Source: Octopus vulgaris
Lineage: Eukaryota
DNA length: 64,000 nt
Direction: 5' to 3'
Assembly (NCBI GenBank): GCA_951406725.2
Contig: OX597836.1
Location: 2,480,001 to 2,544,000 of the forward strand
Each line of letters starts with the position of its first letter. Within the stretch, counting starts at the first letter, position 1. Below are positions 1 to 13,993 of this stretch, in pieces. The notes under the pieces were generated by a model, which was given only the letters and a program-made list of their open reading frames with translations, ran no database searches and was not told where the DNA came from. Both the position numbers and the translations under genes were made by a program.

Positions 1-542
1 CGGTAGTGTTAGGTTGGGTTTAGGTATTCATCGAGTGGGAAAATAAAATAATATTGAATAGAGTCAAGAATAAATGCGTTTAGACTTCCTATATAATAAA
101 CACTACACATATTTCGATGCAACATACGTCCACATCCACATAGCATTTAAATTAAGCGCATGTGTGAGTGTAATTGTGAAATAAGTTGCGTAATAAAAAC
201 ACATATGCAACCTATCATGTGCACCAAAAATGGACAGCCAGCGTATCCGATGCTGCACGTGTCGACCGTGAAGAAACACGTCGACAGTTAGCGTCTACTA
301 GATTCGAAACAGCAAGTTGGATGTGCTAGCATCAAAGTAAAAAGTTTTACTAACACGGACAGCGACTTTATATCACCTGAGTAGATACAAGTGGATCCCA
401 TTATACAGGTAAACCGTTGCTTAATTTAAATCGTGTGTAAATATGGTTCTATGTTTTATCGAAACAAGTGTAATATTTATCAAGTAGCTGCATAAACGTA
501 CTCATTCTTGTCTATCTGACTATCTATTGAATATATATATAT

Positions 543-655
543 AAAGTTAATCCAAACATGAAATCACAAAGAGAAAACACAACGCGAGGACGGGGAACAA
601 GTATAGTGTTATTGGACACTCAAGAGAAGAAAGAAAGAAGGGGGATTTAACGTTA
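543..655 (+). mobile_element. Fragment of a Penelope-like dispersed repeat (same family as 54256-54460, 29817-29890 and 26700-26800)
   Basis: aaagttaatccaaac...acaacgcgaggacg...tattggac.ctca is shared directly with 54256-54365. Confidence 0.75.
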
Positions 656-679
656 TATATATATATATATATATAAGCT

Positions 680-998
680 GTATTTGAAATCAAAATTTTC
701 GATGGGTGAAATGTCGCATCCAAAACTTGTTTCTGGTACTCCCTAATAGTGTGCATTGAGAGCACGTTCACCATTCACACCCAGAGGCGTCATCTGCGGT
801 ACTGCGATTTTGTCACAGGATCTTCGTAAGAAATTCCGGTGTGCAGGTTTAGTATATTTTACATGATTGATAGGGGAGATACAGTGTACTTTAATCGTTA
901 ATTAGCACGATGATTGCTTCGGCGTACCTTTATACTACTCCATTATATTCCCCCACCACCAGGGAGCGGTGCAGATGTAAGCCTAAATTATAGTCATG
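680..998 (-). pseudogene. Copy 1 C-terminal Cys-repeat pseudo-exon
   Basis: Acceptor tttattcag. Translation with two frameshifts gives RRSCDKI-RSTADDASGCE-GER (about 765-828), resembling the CCxSC...GCEYGD repeat of molluscan ADAM-like proteins. Confidence 0.4.
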
Positions 999-1049
999 CT
1001 GAATAAAGATTACAGTAAGCCTCCTCCTCCTTATTATTAATAATGCTTT

Positions 1050-1096
<47 letters not shown>

Positions 1097-2755
1097 ATGA
1101 AACATGTATATATGTATATATTATGTATATATATATATACACACAAACATACATATATATCTATCTATCTATCTATATATATGAAACATATATATATGTA
1201 TATATTATGTATATATATATATACACACAAACATATATATATGTATATACATATATATATATATTATATATGCATACTTATAGATGTATATATATGTGTA
1301 CGCCTATTTATACATATGTATATATACATAAATGTATATGTACGTGAAGTTATATATTTGTGTATAAATACATATGTGTGTGTGTGTACATACGCAGATA
1401 TATATACATACATACATACAGTCATACATATAGTAAAAGTTACATTATTAAAAATTCACTGTTTTTTCTCACTTAAGTGAAACAATAGAGAGCCAACAAT
1501 TTGAAAAAAACCTACCTACCCGAATGTGTGAATCTCTATCGCATTTCACATCCCAAATGCAACAGAAGAGAATGTGTTACTCTTGTTTTATTTACAGAGT
1601 GGAATCAATGTGTACAGTGTACAATTCCCCGTTTTTCAATGTATATTTAATGACTCTGAGTTCTACACTTCAAGGCAGCAATGGTACAGGTATCCATATT
1701 TAATGGAAAACACGGTATTTTATAAAAAAAGAACGGTGGCAAAAATGCTCAAGGAAGAACTATATCAAACTATCAAAGGTATATAAAGCACATTATAAAT
1801 AATTGGTCCCTCTCTTTCGCACCACCATCTCTTCCCATATCTCTTTTTTCTTTCTTTCATTGTATTCTCTCTTTCTCTCTCTCTCTCTCCTCTATCTCAT
1901 TCTATTTTTTTTCATTTTGAAATATCATTTCACACATACAACCATAAAACTGGTGGAACATATCAAAATTTATAAGATTATTTTGGTTTATAATATTTTG
2001 TGGCCGTGAGTAGTATAAATTTTAGCTCTCTAAATATTAATATTCACAATGATGACTAAAAAAATACAGTTAGAATGTTAACCGAATAGAATTTGTACCA
2101 TCATGCCATCAGATTAAAATATCCATTTTCATATTCCTAGAATTTTCCTGAAGCTTTTATGTAGCATTTCCCCAACGTCACTTTCCGTTATATTTTTTAT
2201 GTTTTGCTTTTCTGAATATTAATGTCTGTAAAATAATTTTATTTTCAATACACATGGCAATCCGTATTTATAAACAAAACTGCATTCGATAACTTTTAAA
2301 ATAACTAATTGGTACCCTTTCGAATGAGTCTCATTCTGTTAATTCAGTGGTATAATATTTAATGCAGGGAACATTAAAATGTTAAGTAGCTAGAAATTAT
2401 TATACAGTGAACGAAAACCAATTTTCATGAACGCAGAATATTATTAATATTAGCTGGCTCCGTGCTGTCAGAAACGATGGCTAGTTGTAGCATTTTATAT
2501 ATGAATAAGGTACAGAATAAAGTACATAATAATCATAGATACAGAACGTTCACACACTTCCCTTGTACACGCACACACATGCATATACATCCTTCGTAAA
2601 AATATCGCACTTGATCGATGTCGCTATAATATGAAAACATAGAGATTCCTTACATCCTTTGCCTCTTCCATGTCCATCTTGCTCTACTTGTCTTTTCTTA
2701 TTATTGTGTGACAAGACGCGCGTTGCAAACGTATCTGAATGACTTTACAGCTATA

Positions 2756-3132
2756 GGGAAAAAGGAAGCACTCCGTCGGTTACGACGACGAGGGTTCCGG
2801 TTGATCCGATCAACGGAACAGCCTGCTCGTGAAATTAACGTGTAAGTGGCTGAGCACTCCACAGACACGTGTACCCTTACCGTAGTTCTCGGGGATATTC
2901 AGCGTGACACAGAGAGTGACAAGGCCGGCCCCTTGAAATACAGGTACAACAGAAACAGGAAGTAAGAGTGAGAGAAAGTTGTGGTGAAAGAGTACAGCAG
3001 GGTTCGCTACCATCCCCTGCCGGAGCCTTGTGGAGCTTTTTAGGTGTTTTCGCTCAATAAACACTCACAACGCCCGGTCTGGGAATCGAAACCGCGAATC
3101 CGCTGCCCTAACCACTGGGCCATTGCACCTCC
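2756..3132 (-). mobile_element. Full-length tRNA-derived SINE (family A) with 14-bp target-site duplication
   Basis: A box TGGCCCAGTGG and B box GTTTCGATTCC on the minus strand. TSD actttacagctata at 2742-2755 and 3133-3146. Confidence 0.92.
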
Positions 3133-4054
3133 ACTTTACAGCTATAATACTTTAAGAAAATGATGTTCAAGGTTATTCTATTTCTATTACTACTGGAATC
3201 TACCTTTCATAATTTCTTCTTTTATATCAATTCTTTCCTTTCCTTTATTTTGCGATCCTCGTTAGTTCTACAGGTATTTATAGTTTTATATTTTAGGGTC
3301 ATGAATAATTATGACATTTATTATGTTTGAGAGCAACTCAAAGGAAGGACAGCGGGGAATAAGAAGATAAGAAAGGGGCAGTAAATAGTAATATTTTCTT
3401 AAAAAAGAGAGAAATTAAGAAATTAATGAAACGATGAATGTAGATACATTAGAAAGACAATGTAATCAAGGCTGCTAGAAACAACATTTACAATAAAAGT
3501 AGTAAGCTTTACATAATCGTAGGCTTCAAACATCTTCGATCTGCTGTGGAAGTTTGTTTTCTTTAAAATGAAGTCATAACAAACTTTGCACAATAAAGTA
3601 GACAGAAAGTCGAATCATGTTCCGCAGCCTATTTAATTTAGCGATAATATCAGTAGAAATTTTAAATCGGTTGCAGATTAAAAGTTGTTTAACTTCTGCT
3701 TATGTTTTCTGTCAATGCCGAAGAGTGTCGCTGGTTATTTACATTTTCCAATCTTCAAACGATGTGCAATGATAGGGGAGGTGAAGTTTGGTGTAATAAA
3801 TTGTAATTCTCTACTTCAATAAATATAATACCCTTGTCTCAGTCAATATGTTGCAGCCTTGATGCAAAGCTGCAGTCCAGAGTTCAGTGGAGTGGAGCGA
3901 TTAAAGTGTTCTGTTTTTTAGTCTAACGCAACAACAGTTGTCAAGCGGTGATGAGTGATATATGGAAAAACACACACACACACATATATACGTAGCACAT
4001 ACATACATACGTACGTACGTACAAAAAATAAAAGGCACATACATACATATATAC

Positions 4055-4160
4055 AAAAATACACTGTTGATGTTGAGATACCTGTGAAGAAGACTTGGAT
4101 CTTGATGAGAAACCGGTTCTTTCACTTTTGGCAGGAAATCTTGATATAAAACTGAATAAC
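4055..4160 (-). repeat. Dispersed repeat fragment (same family as 44225-44255 and 44330-44412)
   Basis: cagttttat..caagattt..gccaa..gaaagaaccggtttct..caacatcaaca shared between copies. Confidence 0.6.
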
Positions 4161-4220
4161 GACATACATATACAGTGTCCATTTAACTGTCCACCAAATA
4201 GAGCCGCCTATATATGTATG

Positions 4221-4261
<41 letters not shown>

Positions 4262-4265
<4 letters not shown>

Positions 4266-4391
4266 GGTTCCGGGTTCAGTCCCACTGCGTGGCATCTTGG
4301 GCAAGTGTCTCCTACTATAGCCCCGGGCCGACCAATTCCTTGTGAGTGGATTTGGTAGGCGGAAACTGAGAGAAGCCTGTCGTATATATGC

Positions 4392-4423
<32 letters not shown>

Positions 4424-4610
4424 TTGTGTATCTGTGTTTGTCCCCCTGGCATTGCTTGACAGCCGATGCTGGTGTGTTTACGTCCCCATCACTTAACAGT
4501 TCGGCAAAAGAGACCGATAGAATAAGTCCCGGGGTCGAGTTGCTCGATTAAAGGCAATGCTCCCGCATGGCCGCAGTCAAATGACTGAAACAAGTGAAAG
4601 AATAAAAGAG
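4262..4610 (+). mobile_element. tRNA-derived CORE-type SINE (family C), 5'-truncated, with internal microsatellite
   Basis: B-box-like GGTTCAGTCCC, CORE-like cttgggcaagtgtct, and 3' end gcatggccgcagtcaaatgactgaaacaagt. Many other copies in the window. Confidence 0.9.
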
Positions 4611-5085
4611 TATATATATATGTATAAATATTGCATATTATATATATATATATATGTATATATATTGCGTATTATATATATATATGTATATATATTGCGT
4701 ATTATATATATATATATAGTTTATCGGATGACTGTTCGTCCCTTAACTGGAATTTTTCCTTCGATTTCTTGTCTTTTCTTCATATTTCCTCACGAATTTT
4801 AAAAAAAGACTTTCGTATAGATATGGAAGCTTTTATATAAATAATCAGTATATGACTGAACTTATTACAGAATTTTCAACAAATTCATTCATATTTATGA
4901 AATGAAGGAGACTGGACATTCAAATGGAATTTATTTTCATTTTCATGAAAGTATAAACTAAAATCCGTCTTAACATCCAATCTCCTACTTTTCATAAATA
5001 TGAATGAATTTGTTGAAAATTCTGTAATAAGGTCAGTCACATACTGAATATTTATACATACATATGTATACACACACACACACAC

Positions 5086-5151
<66 letters not shown>

Positions 5152-5216
5152 CATACATATATATATATACACACACATATACATTTATATACACACACAT
5201 ACATATATATACATAC

Positions 5217-5378
5217 AACGGGCTTCTTTAAGTTTCCGTCTACCAAATCGACTCACAAGGCATTGAACGACCCGAAGCCATACCAGAAGACACTTGCCCA
5301 AGGTGCCACGCAGTGGGACTGAACCAGGGACCATGTGGTTGGTAAGCAATTTACATACCATAGAGCCGCTCCTGCTCC
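5217..5378 (-). mobile_element. Family C SINE, 5' half
   Basis: Reverse-complement match to 4262-4385 plus head ggagcggctctatggt. Confidence 0.85.
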
Positions 5379-5404
5379 TCTCTCTCTCTCTCTCTTTCTC
5401 TCTG

Positions 5405-5436
<32 letters not shown>

Positions 5437-5737
5437 TCCAGCTTTATAGGAAAATATACTAACATAGATTTGTTTGCTTCTCTATGTGTGTGTCTGTGTG
5501 TGTATCTATGTGTGTGTGTCTGTGTGTGCTTGAAGTGTTGTTGTACGTGTAAGTATGTGAAGCGTGTCTCAGTCTCCTTTAGTGTTAAAACTTATCTCAG
5601 CGTCGACACTTGTATGTAATTAACTATACAGTTTGTAGGTACTTCAGTAGAAAGTTAGTTACACAGTTATTTAGATAGGTAGGTGTTTTTCTAGGTAAGT
5701 GAGTATGTCTACAGGCCAGTCGGTTAGAAAATAGACA

Positions 5738-5787
<50 letters not shown>

Positions 5788-5974
5788 GGTACGTATATAC
5801 ACATACACAGACATACATATATATATTAATATATATATATATATGTGTATATATATGTATACATACTTACATATATGTGTGTGTGTGTGTGAGTGTGTGT
5901 GTGCACTTCGACAAGTGGGTGGGTATTAAGTTAGATACGTATGTAGGAAAGGCGGCCTACATACTTGTTGTGAG

Positions 5975-6171
5975 AGCGGTGGGGTGTGATTCCGGTGGGT
6001 GTGCAAAGGACTGTGAATATTTGATTGGTTGATGGTTTGATTGGTTCTGTTTGTGTCAATACAATGTCTAGACATCGACCCAATCGATCTCTTCTTCGCC
6101 GATAATTGTCCCAATATATCCCACATGGTTTGCTTCGGTTTGTGACGAGTGGGTGACGAGAGGAAGGGAGA
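5975..6171 (-). pseudogene. Copy 1 candidate pseudo-exon
   Basis: tgttccag acceptor and AA|GTATGT donor. Open frame LPSSRHPLVTNRSKPCGIYWDNYRRRRDRLGRCLDIV...; no diagnostic motif. Confidence 0.3.
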
Positions 6172-6271
6172 CTGGAACATCCATTATGTTCCAATAAAAC
6201 ATATAATGTGTTCAAAGACGTGTTACTTGTTGCGTACGCTTCCACATACAAACACAAATACACACACACTT

Positions 6272-6302
<31 letters not shown>

Positions 6303-6386
6303 GCTTAGAGTATTCCGCTGGAGTATTCCGCTGAAGAAAGATTTAGAGCAAATCAAAATATACAGACCTAAGGAATGGTAATAAAA

Positions 6387-6421
<35 letters not shown>

Positions 6422-6574
6422 CAAATATTGGGCCCGATTATATGGACACGTATACACACACATATGTATAGATGTCTAAGTACTTATATTAATGTTTGTG
6501 TACGTTTAGGGAATGAAAATATATATATTTGTGCGAATATTTAAATATACAAATTATATATATATACATATATG

Positions 6575-6864
<290 letters not shown>

Positions 6865-7344
6865 CAGATGGATAGATAGATAGATACATGGACAGAGAGA
6901 TAGATAGTGAAACAGACAAGTATATAGACAGATAAATACCTATATATATATATGTGTGTGTGTATAGATAGATAGATAGATACATACATACATATATACA
7001 TGCATACATACATACATACATACAAGCATGCATACATAAAACATACATACATATGTATATCCCACAGAATCAGGGTATCGACTAGATTAATGGATGTTAT
7101 ATATCGCTGGTCCCAACGCACTTTGCATCCTTTTCACTTTTGAACGATGCCAACCCACTGGCTGCGTGAGCAGGACAATTATCCCATTTACAGCTGAGTG
7201 GACTGGAGCAATATAGAATGTATTATCTTGCCCAAGAACTCAATGCGCAGCCTGTCTGAATTTGGAATCACGATTCCGAGATCGTGCACGCAACGACCCC
7301 ATATTCTGGACCACGTGCGTTCATACACACACACACACACATAC

Positions 7345-7414
<70 letters not shown>

Positions 7415-7509
7415 ATATACCCCATATTCCGGGATATCCCAGACACAGCTGTAGGGTTTTGATTTTTTCAATAATAGTAATCTATATGACTTGAGATGTT
7501 TGACTTGCC

Positions 7510-7654
7510 TTAACTTTTGTTGTCCTCTTTAACGATTATATATCCACTTCATCGGAAATCCGCAATGGCTCCATAACTACCATCTCGGCTACAACCTTGG
7601 AGGCCTAGTAACCCGTTACACCACTTACCTGGCGTACTTAATCGTTTACATCAC
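7510..7654 (-). pseudogene. Copy 1 Cys-rich (ACR-like) pseudo-exon
   Basis: ttcacag acceptor. Translation *CKRLSTPGKWCNGLLGLQGCSRDGSYG sits where the C..C....DGT.CG segment is expected. Confidence 0.35.
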
Positions 7655-7679
7655 CTGTGAACTAAACCCACATATTTTG

Positions 7680-7760
<81 letters not shown>

Positions 7761-7909
7761 GGACAACTTCTTAATAAGGAAAACTTAACAAGAAATTATC
7801 GGGTAGATAGCGTGAAAAACCTCATAAAAGAAAAAATTTCGAAAATAATTCTTTCTTATTGAACATATTAATTTATATATAGAGGGCATTATTTATATAT
7901 AGAGGGCAT

Positions 7910-7940
<31 letters not shown>

Positions 7941-8137
7941 CTTATACACACATGCATATATATGTATATATAATATACACACATAACATAAAAAATACAC
8001 ATTGTGTGGAAGACATCACCAACGAGTGAAAAAATCGCAAGCACAACTCAGTGATGTCATGTACTCAACAGGAATTTTATTTTGTTTTGATCATTTATAA
8101 TCGAACTCAATCAGTCTTGACCTCAGTCAGTCCTTAC

Positions 8138-8284
8138 ATCTAAAAATCATCTGGCAGCACCACCTTGCCAGAATGTGAGGTGCAAACATATCGAAACGGT
8201 TATCTCTTCTTCCTTCCCAGAAATATGATATGATGCGCTACAATACCGGTCACCGAAATCAAATTACGCGGTGGAAGCACTAAA
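8138..8284 (-). pseudogene. Copy 1 pseudo-exon (end of protease domain / start of Cys-rich region)
   Basis: catcacag acceptor and T|GTAAGG donor. DRYCSASY.../...ARWCCQMIFR resembles NCL...ADEQCQMIFG. Confidence 0.4.
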
Positions 8285-8945
8285 CTGTGATGTGAGTAAA
8301 TATAATTTTATTACCAGATCATACATACTTGGGTCATATTCATACGAGAATATCTTAAGAGTGACAACCTCTGTTATCAGCTAGCAGTGTATTCCGTCCT
8401 GTTTCTCTAACTGAACAAGAGGTATCCACTCCGAAATGCTTTTGTCTTAGAATGTAGGCCATAGCTAGTCAGACAAGTGCGTGTTAAGTAAAGAAATACC
8501 ATCTTTTGAAAAGTTTAAATGCTATTTCTAGTGACGGTGAAAATTCTTTGAAATTTTTGTTAATATCAGAAAAGAGACTGAAATATATAAGGCAGAAATG
8601 AGGTAGGTACAGAAATATTACAAGTTGAGGAAAGAAAGAAAACAAATATATATTTACTTATAAGCATACATGCATATATACACATACATACTTAAGCACA
8701 TGCAAACACGCAAACACACACACACACACATATATATATAATCGATTTGGTATGTGTATCATATATTTCAGAAAATAAGAAATAAACGGAATGTGAAATA
8801 TACAAATGGAACTGGTTTGAATGAATTAACAGATATATTAAAACGGTAAGTGGATACAGTTCATTTATGTCATGTGAGAAGGATGAACCGCTAAGTTATT
8901 AAGGTGAATGTTCAAAATGAACTAATTAAACGCATAGCTATTTAC

Positions 8946-9117
8946 TCATAAAATGCGTTGAAGTGTTTGTTTTATTACAATGACTCTGAAAGCGTATCTT
9001 TTTCCTTGGTTGTCTGAGCCTTCAGGTGAAATGTAATGTTACATCCGACGATAATTTTAGAAAATATTTCTTTCTACATTCATTATTGTGTCTTCATCAT
9101 CAGTAATTAGTCCTTTG
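8946..9117 (-). pseudogene. Copy 1 pseudo-exon equivalent to the LGxxHD...C...Met-turn...WxFSxCS exon
   Basis: ttattag acceptor (phase 2) and A|GTAAAT donor. With frameshifts it reads (S)KGLITDDED-NNECRKKYF...SDNQGKRYAF. Confidence 0.4.
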
Positions 9118-9339
9118 CTAATAATAAACTGGCTTTGGAATAATCATCTCAATTTCACAAACAACGTACACACACACACACACACACACATACACACACA
9201 TACAGAAACAGAGAGAGATTTGAAGAGACAAGCACACACGCACTCACACAGATGCATAAATTGTCTCATCAATAAGTATCCGGACTGTTGTTATAGTAAC
9301 AAAGCTAAAGAACGCAGAGTAAAGCCCCTTGGCACAGAT

Positions 9340-9730
9340 TGACCTTGGACTCTGCTGTGCATGCGCACTAAGTTTTAACGTTCTGTCTCACTTCCGATAT
9401 TTGCAGCCCGCGCATAATAATCAGGGGGCTTGCATTCTGGGGAGTTAGGTAGCCAAGTGTTGGGGGTGATGTCATCGCAGAAACTATCTGACAGTCATGG
9501 CTGGGGTTCTCCTGCTTGTGTGGCATGGTGCAGAGTCTTATTTCCAGGCATAGGGTCTTCTAGCAGCTACCGTCTTGAGCCATGTCAGTACTACCTCCCC
9601 CGAGGCACTTGATGTGGGCCTCAATGTTGGGATATGAGTGGAAACATAACGTCGCTATCACTAGTGATCACTCCAAACACCATGATGTTGACTGGACGTT
9701 TGATTTTAATCCTCTCGATACATGTCCTCA
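9340..9730 (-). mobile_element. Decayed Tc1/mariner-superfamily (maT/DD37D-like) transposase fragment
   Basis: Translation KRPVNIMVFGVITSDSDVM...YAWK*DSAPCHTSRRT...TWLPNSPECKPPDYY matches the MVWG / QQDxAPxH / WPPNSPDxNPLDY motifs. Confidence 0.85.
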
Positions 9731-9776
9731 GATTGCACTGTTCCCAGGGAGACACACAAACACACTGAAATGCGAC

Positions 9777-9933
9777 CAGTGGATCTTCCGACACGAAAGC
9801 CAAGCAGTACAGCATGTCGTTTCCATATTTCTGGCAGAGTGAATAGGGTCATGGTGCTAATTTTCTCACAGACGGTTGCCCAACTGACTCTACTACGTTG
9901 TGTCGTCGACGAAATCAAAAACAAACAATGCGC
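9777..9933 (-). pseudogene. Copy 1 pseudo-exon equivalent to the YDL..GLAY..VC..HELGH exon (zinc motif lost)
   Basis: attgtgcag acceptor. AHCLFLISSTTQRSRVSWATVCEKISTMTLF...LLGFRVGRS; spacing to the VC motif matches M12B proteases. Confidence 0.4.
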
Positions 9934-11036
9934 CTGCACAATACTAACAAATAAGTAGTCATGTGTTAGTGTGTTTCGACTTATTCTGTAAATATGAATT
10001 ATGGAATAGCGTACAATTTACGTATGCAGTGAAAGATAAATAATGCATTTTCACTGTAGTTATAACCCTGCGTGGGTAGAAGAAGGATCAAACTTCATAT
10101 TTTGTGATGTAGACATTTATAAAAGTAAAAAAAGAAAGAGCGATCTTTGCTCAAATGTTCAAAAACACATTACTAACCGCTAGAAGTTTACACTAGATGA
10201 ATATGTGTGTGTGTGTGTGTGTGTTATTGTGCGTGCGAATGTGTGTGATAATACATAGGAATGTACGTATGGATAACTGTACCATTTGTGAATTCGTTAC
10301 CGCCATATTGTCTCTAACATCGATAAAAGAATAATGGTGATAGACGGAGTTAAAAGCCAGACATTTTCGTTAGCAAGAATATTTTGATTCAAAGCATAAA
10401 TAGCATATTCAAATAGTGCTTCTTGGCTTCGCAGGAAACTATTAAATTCAGATTGAATAGGAGTGATAAATAATTCAACTTTCAGACAAGAATGGGTTGG
10501 AGAGGTTTAAGTAGGGAGGTTAGTACAAACTCAATACCTATATACACCGACTTCACATATAAGGTAGGTGTATTGCAAAGATTTTTATATACGTACGTAC
10601 GCATTGGCATTTGAATACAGGAAAAAACATTTCGTATGCAACTATCTGCCAGCTGGGTACTTGTTTTATGCGTTCATATGTGGATGAACAGGTAAATATT
10701 TATGTGTGTGTATGTTAGTTAAGATATGTGTCTGTCTGAGTGTGTACAATTGTTCATTCTCTGTGTGTATAACTATTGGTATATATTAATATATAACATT
10801 ATGTACTGTTTTGAATCTATTCTTGAATCTGTGTACACACACACACACATGTATGTATGTAAGTACGTATGTATGTATACACGAATATATATATGTACAT
10901 ATACATCTATGTACACATATGTGTACTTGCATATAATATTTGTGTATATTATATATATTATATTATGTTTATATCAATGCATACGTATACATATATGTAT
11001 ATGTCTGTATATGCGTATATATATATGTATATATTT

Positions 11037-11096
<60 letters not shown>

Positions 11097-11662
11097 TGGT
11101 ATATATGTACACACACGTGTGTGTGTTTGTGTGTATACAGACACTCGTTCATAGAGTTTGGGAAAGGGTTAATGTTCTCACGCATGTTTAATCATAGGAA
11201 TTCGGAGACTTCAATGGAAACTGCAAAAACACCTCTGCACTCACTCAGACTACATTTTAAATATAGAAAACACTTAAAATATTGAAACACTCTAATATAC
11301 AAATATGCTGGCAAACATATTCTCATACATATAATTATGCATACACCCGCATCTACCTACCTATCTAAACATACATGTATATGTATATATATATATATAT
11401 TCTCATGTGTCCTCGTAGATATATATTTATGTATGTATCTGTGTATGTATGTACATATAACCAGCAAACTAAAACTACTTGACTACCAGGTATTGTAAAT
11501 GTAACTCGCCATTTACCGTAATTGCACGCTTGGCACCAGATGTGAAATTTTGACTAGAGATGCCGCAATATTGCTATGTAATTAACTTCCTGATATCCAT
11601 TTATCCAAAGTCACCGTCCCATATTCACGTCCATAAATATATCTTTATATCAGCTCTATTTT

Positions 11663-11701
<39 letters not shown>

Positions 11702-11969
11702 GTCCTGTTCATTTGAATAAACGGATGAACAAAATTATTCAATATTTGAAAAGAGTTAAATTTTGTTCACATTTGTAATCTTCCAAGTTAATATTTTCAA
11801 CTATGACTTAATTTTTTTTCTAATTTGTAATCTGAAATCTAGATATTTGTCGATTTACTATTCATAGAAACCTAATCATTTAATGTGTCGCTCCCATTCT
11901 ATCATATGATAATCGCTACATTTATAGTGCCACATTCTGCTGTGTGTGCCGAAAAACAAGAAGCGAACA

Positions 11970-12300
11970 CGACTAAATGGTTAAACACGATTGGCAAAAA
12001 CCTGTTATCGCGTTCAGTCTCAATTCACGTCATCTTTGGCTAAAGGTTTCTACTATAACCTTGGACTGACCCAACTCGTGAGCAAATACAGAGGGCGGAA
12101 ACTGCGTGGAAGCCTCTCATATACGTATGTGAACGTGTCATTGTGTTTGCAATCGATGTTCGGCTTCAGAGATATAAAAAACAGAAGACTTAAAAAATGT
12201 AAGTATCGATGTCAATTGGTTAAACTAAATCTTTCCAGGCAGTACCTCGGCATGGTCCTAATCTCAACTTCAAGGTCTCAACCCCAAAATGCAATGGAAA
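11970..12300 (+). mobile_element. Old decayed family C SINE
   Basis: Degenerate gttcagtctc...tctactataaccttgg...gcggaaactgcgtggaagcc...gcatggtcc. Confidence 0.55.
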
Positions 12301-12598
12301 TAAATGTTGTTACATTATTAAGATGTTATTTTTTTTTCTTCAAAGAGAATGTATCGTATATACGTTTACATCCATTCAAACGTTTTCTGTTTTACCTTTA
12401 ATATTTCAGACGTTCTAGCAATGACTTCCACGACTGACGTTTAGCAAATCATGAATTTATTACATGCATTGTAGATTTGATGGAGACAGAGAGATTATGC
12501 ACAACACAGATTTATGTAAACAATGTATAAACAAATCATTTGTGCAAGTTCTCCATCAAAATATTTCGGAATCTTCTCTCTCCCACGCGTGAAACTAC

Positions 12599-12810
12599 CG
12601 TAAATTTCACATGGACGTTTCGGTATTGGGCCTGCTTCTTTCTAAGCCAAGATCTTCTGGGGTTAACCAATTTATTAATAAACGGCTGCTTAAAATTTCG
12701 GTACATATATAAGCGAATTCTATCCGATGAGCATTTGCTGCACGGGACATAAAAAGAGAATCGTGGTTTTTCGGTTCCCTCAATCCAAACAGGTGTATGG
12801 TTCAAATATT
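12599..12810 (-). pseudogene. Copy 1 pseudo-exon equivalent to the PW.E...F..WL....DHAMLFT exon
   Basis: Open frame TPVWIEGTEK...CSSDRI...SWLRKKQAQYRNVHVKFT|gt. Shares SDRI and a LRKKQAQY / RREHAEY-like segment with copy 2. Confidence 0.4.
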
Positions 12811-13201
12811 CATGCAAATATTTACACACAAAAATATACAGATACATGGAGCAGCACAACAAAACGCGTATTTTATATATGTATATATGCTTAAACACGT
12901 ACATTATATATATGAATATATGCGTATTTATGGATATATAAAGTTATTTATATAAATATATATACATATATTTATACGCACATACACAAAGATGTCTATC
13001 TAACTGATATTTCTCTTTTTCTCTCCCTGTCTATCTATGTACCTACCGCTCTCCGCTTATATATATATAAATATATACATCGATAACTATATGTCTGTAA
13101 ATATGTGTCTGTTTACATACATACATATATGTATATGTATATATACCTGTATATATGTATGTATATACACACAAAGATGTAACATAACGTTTCAGATATA
13201 A

Positions 13202-13233
<32 letters not shown>

Positions 13234-13926
13234 ATAATTATATCATTAAATCAATCTCAGAAAATTGCATGGAATTAAGTGAAGCCTCAAATTTCTTTGT
13301 CAACATTTAATATGCATAAATACATAGCGTCGATGTTTGTCAATCAGGAGGTAAATATATAATTGCGGGGCGCTTTGTTTGCCTTTAATTACACGTTGCC
13401 GGTTCAATTACATGCGATTAATCCTCAGGGTTATATCATAGATGACATCCCTTATTTAAAATAATAAGCTTTAAATTTGTTTATATATAGTTTCGTGCAG
13501 CTCTGTCAACCTTTTATATACTTTCTTTTCATCGACATCTGATTTTCATCCTTTCCCAATTCCGCTCATCTATCTTCCTCTTTTCTTTTCAAATCTCTCT
13601 GTCGTCATTTTCCTTCTCTCACTACATGCCTCATTCGTTTATTATAATTTTCGAAAAAAAAAAAAAATTCTATATGTTTTATCGAAAATACAAATAACCC
13701 ATTGTATCCAAAATTGTGTGCATACTTCGTTGAAATATATCGATTACCAATTTGGTTTTCTTTTAAGTATATTCTTAATGTTAAGCACTTGTCAGTTTTC
13801 GTCGGGTGATTAAGAAATTGAAATTCGTAGTAGCATTCTAGCATTCGCTGAAAATCTACACGCTGAAATATATTGGAATATTTAGATTTGTGAGTAATTA
13901 AATGCATGTGTATGCGTCGGTATATA

Positions 13927-13993
<67 letters not shown>

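Noticed and set aside
4082-4151. Phase-compatible minus-strand exon FISRFPAKSERTGFSSRSKSSSQ
   Set aside because: The sequence is a copy of the dispersed repeat also seen at 44330-44412.
7871-7910. Short perfect tandem duplications (also 6308-6333, 35097-35125, 4635-4700)
   Set aside because: Ordinary replication-slippage products.
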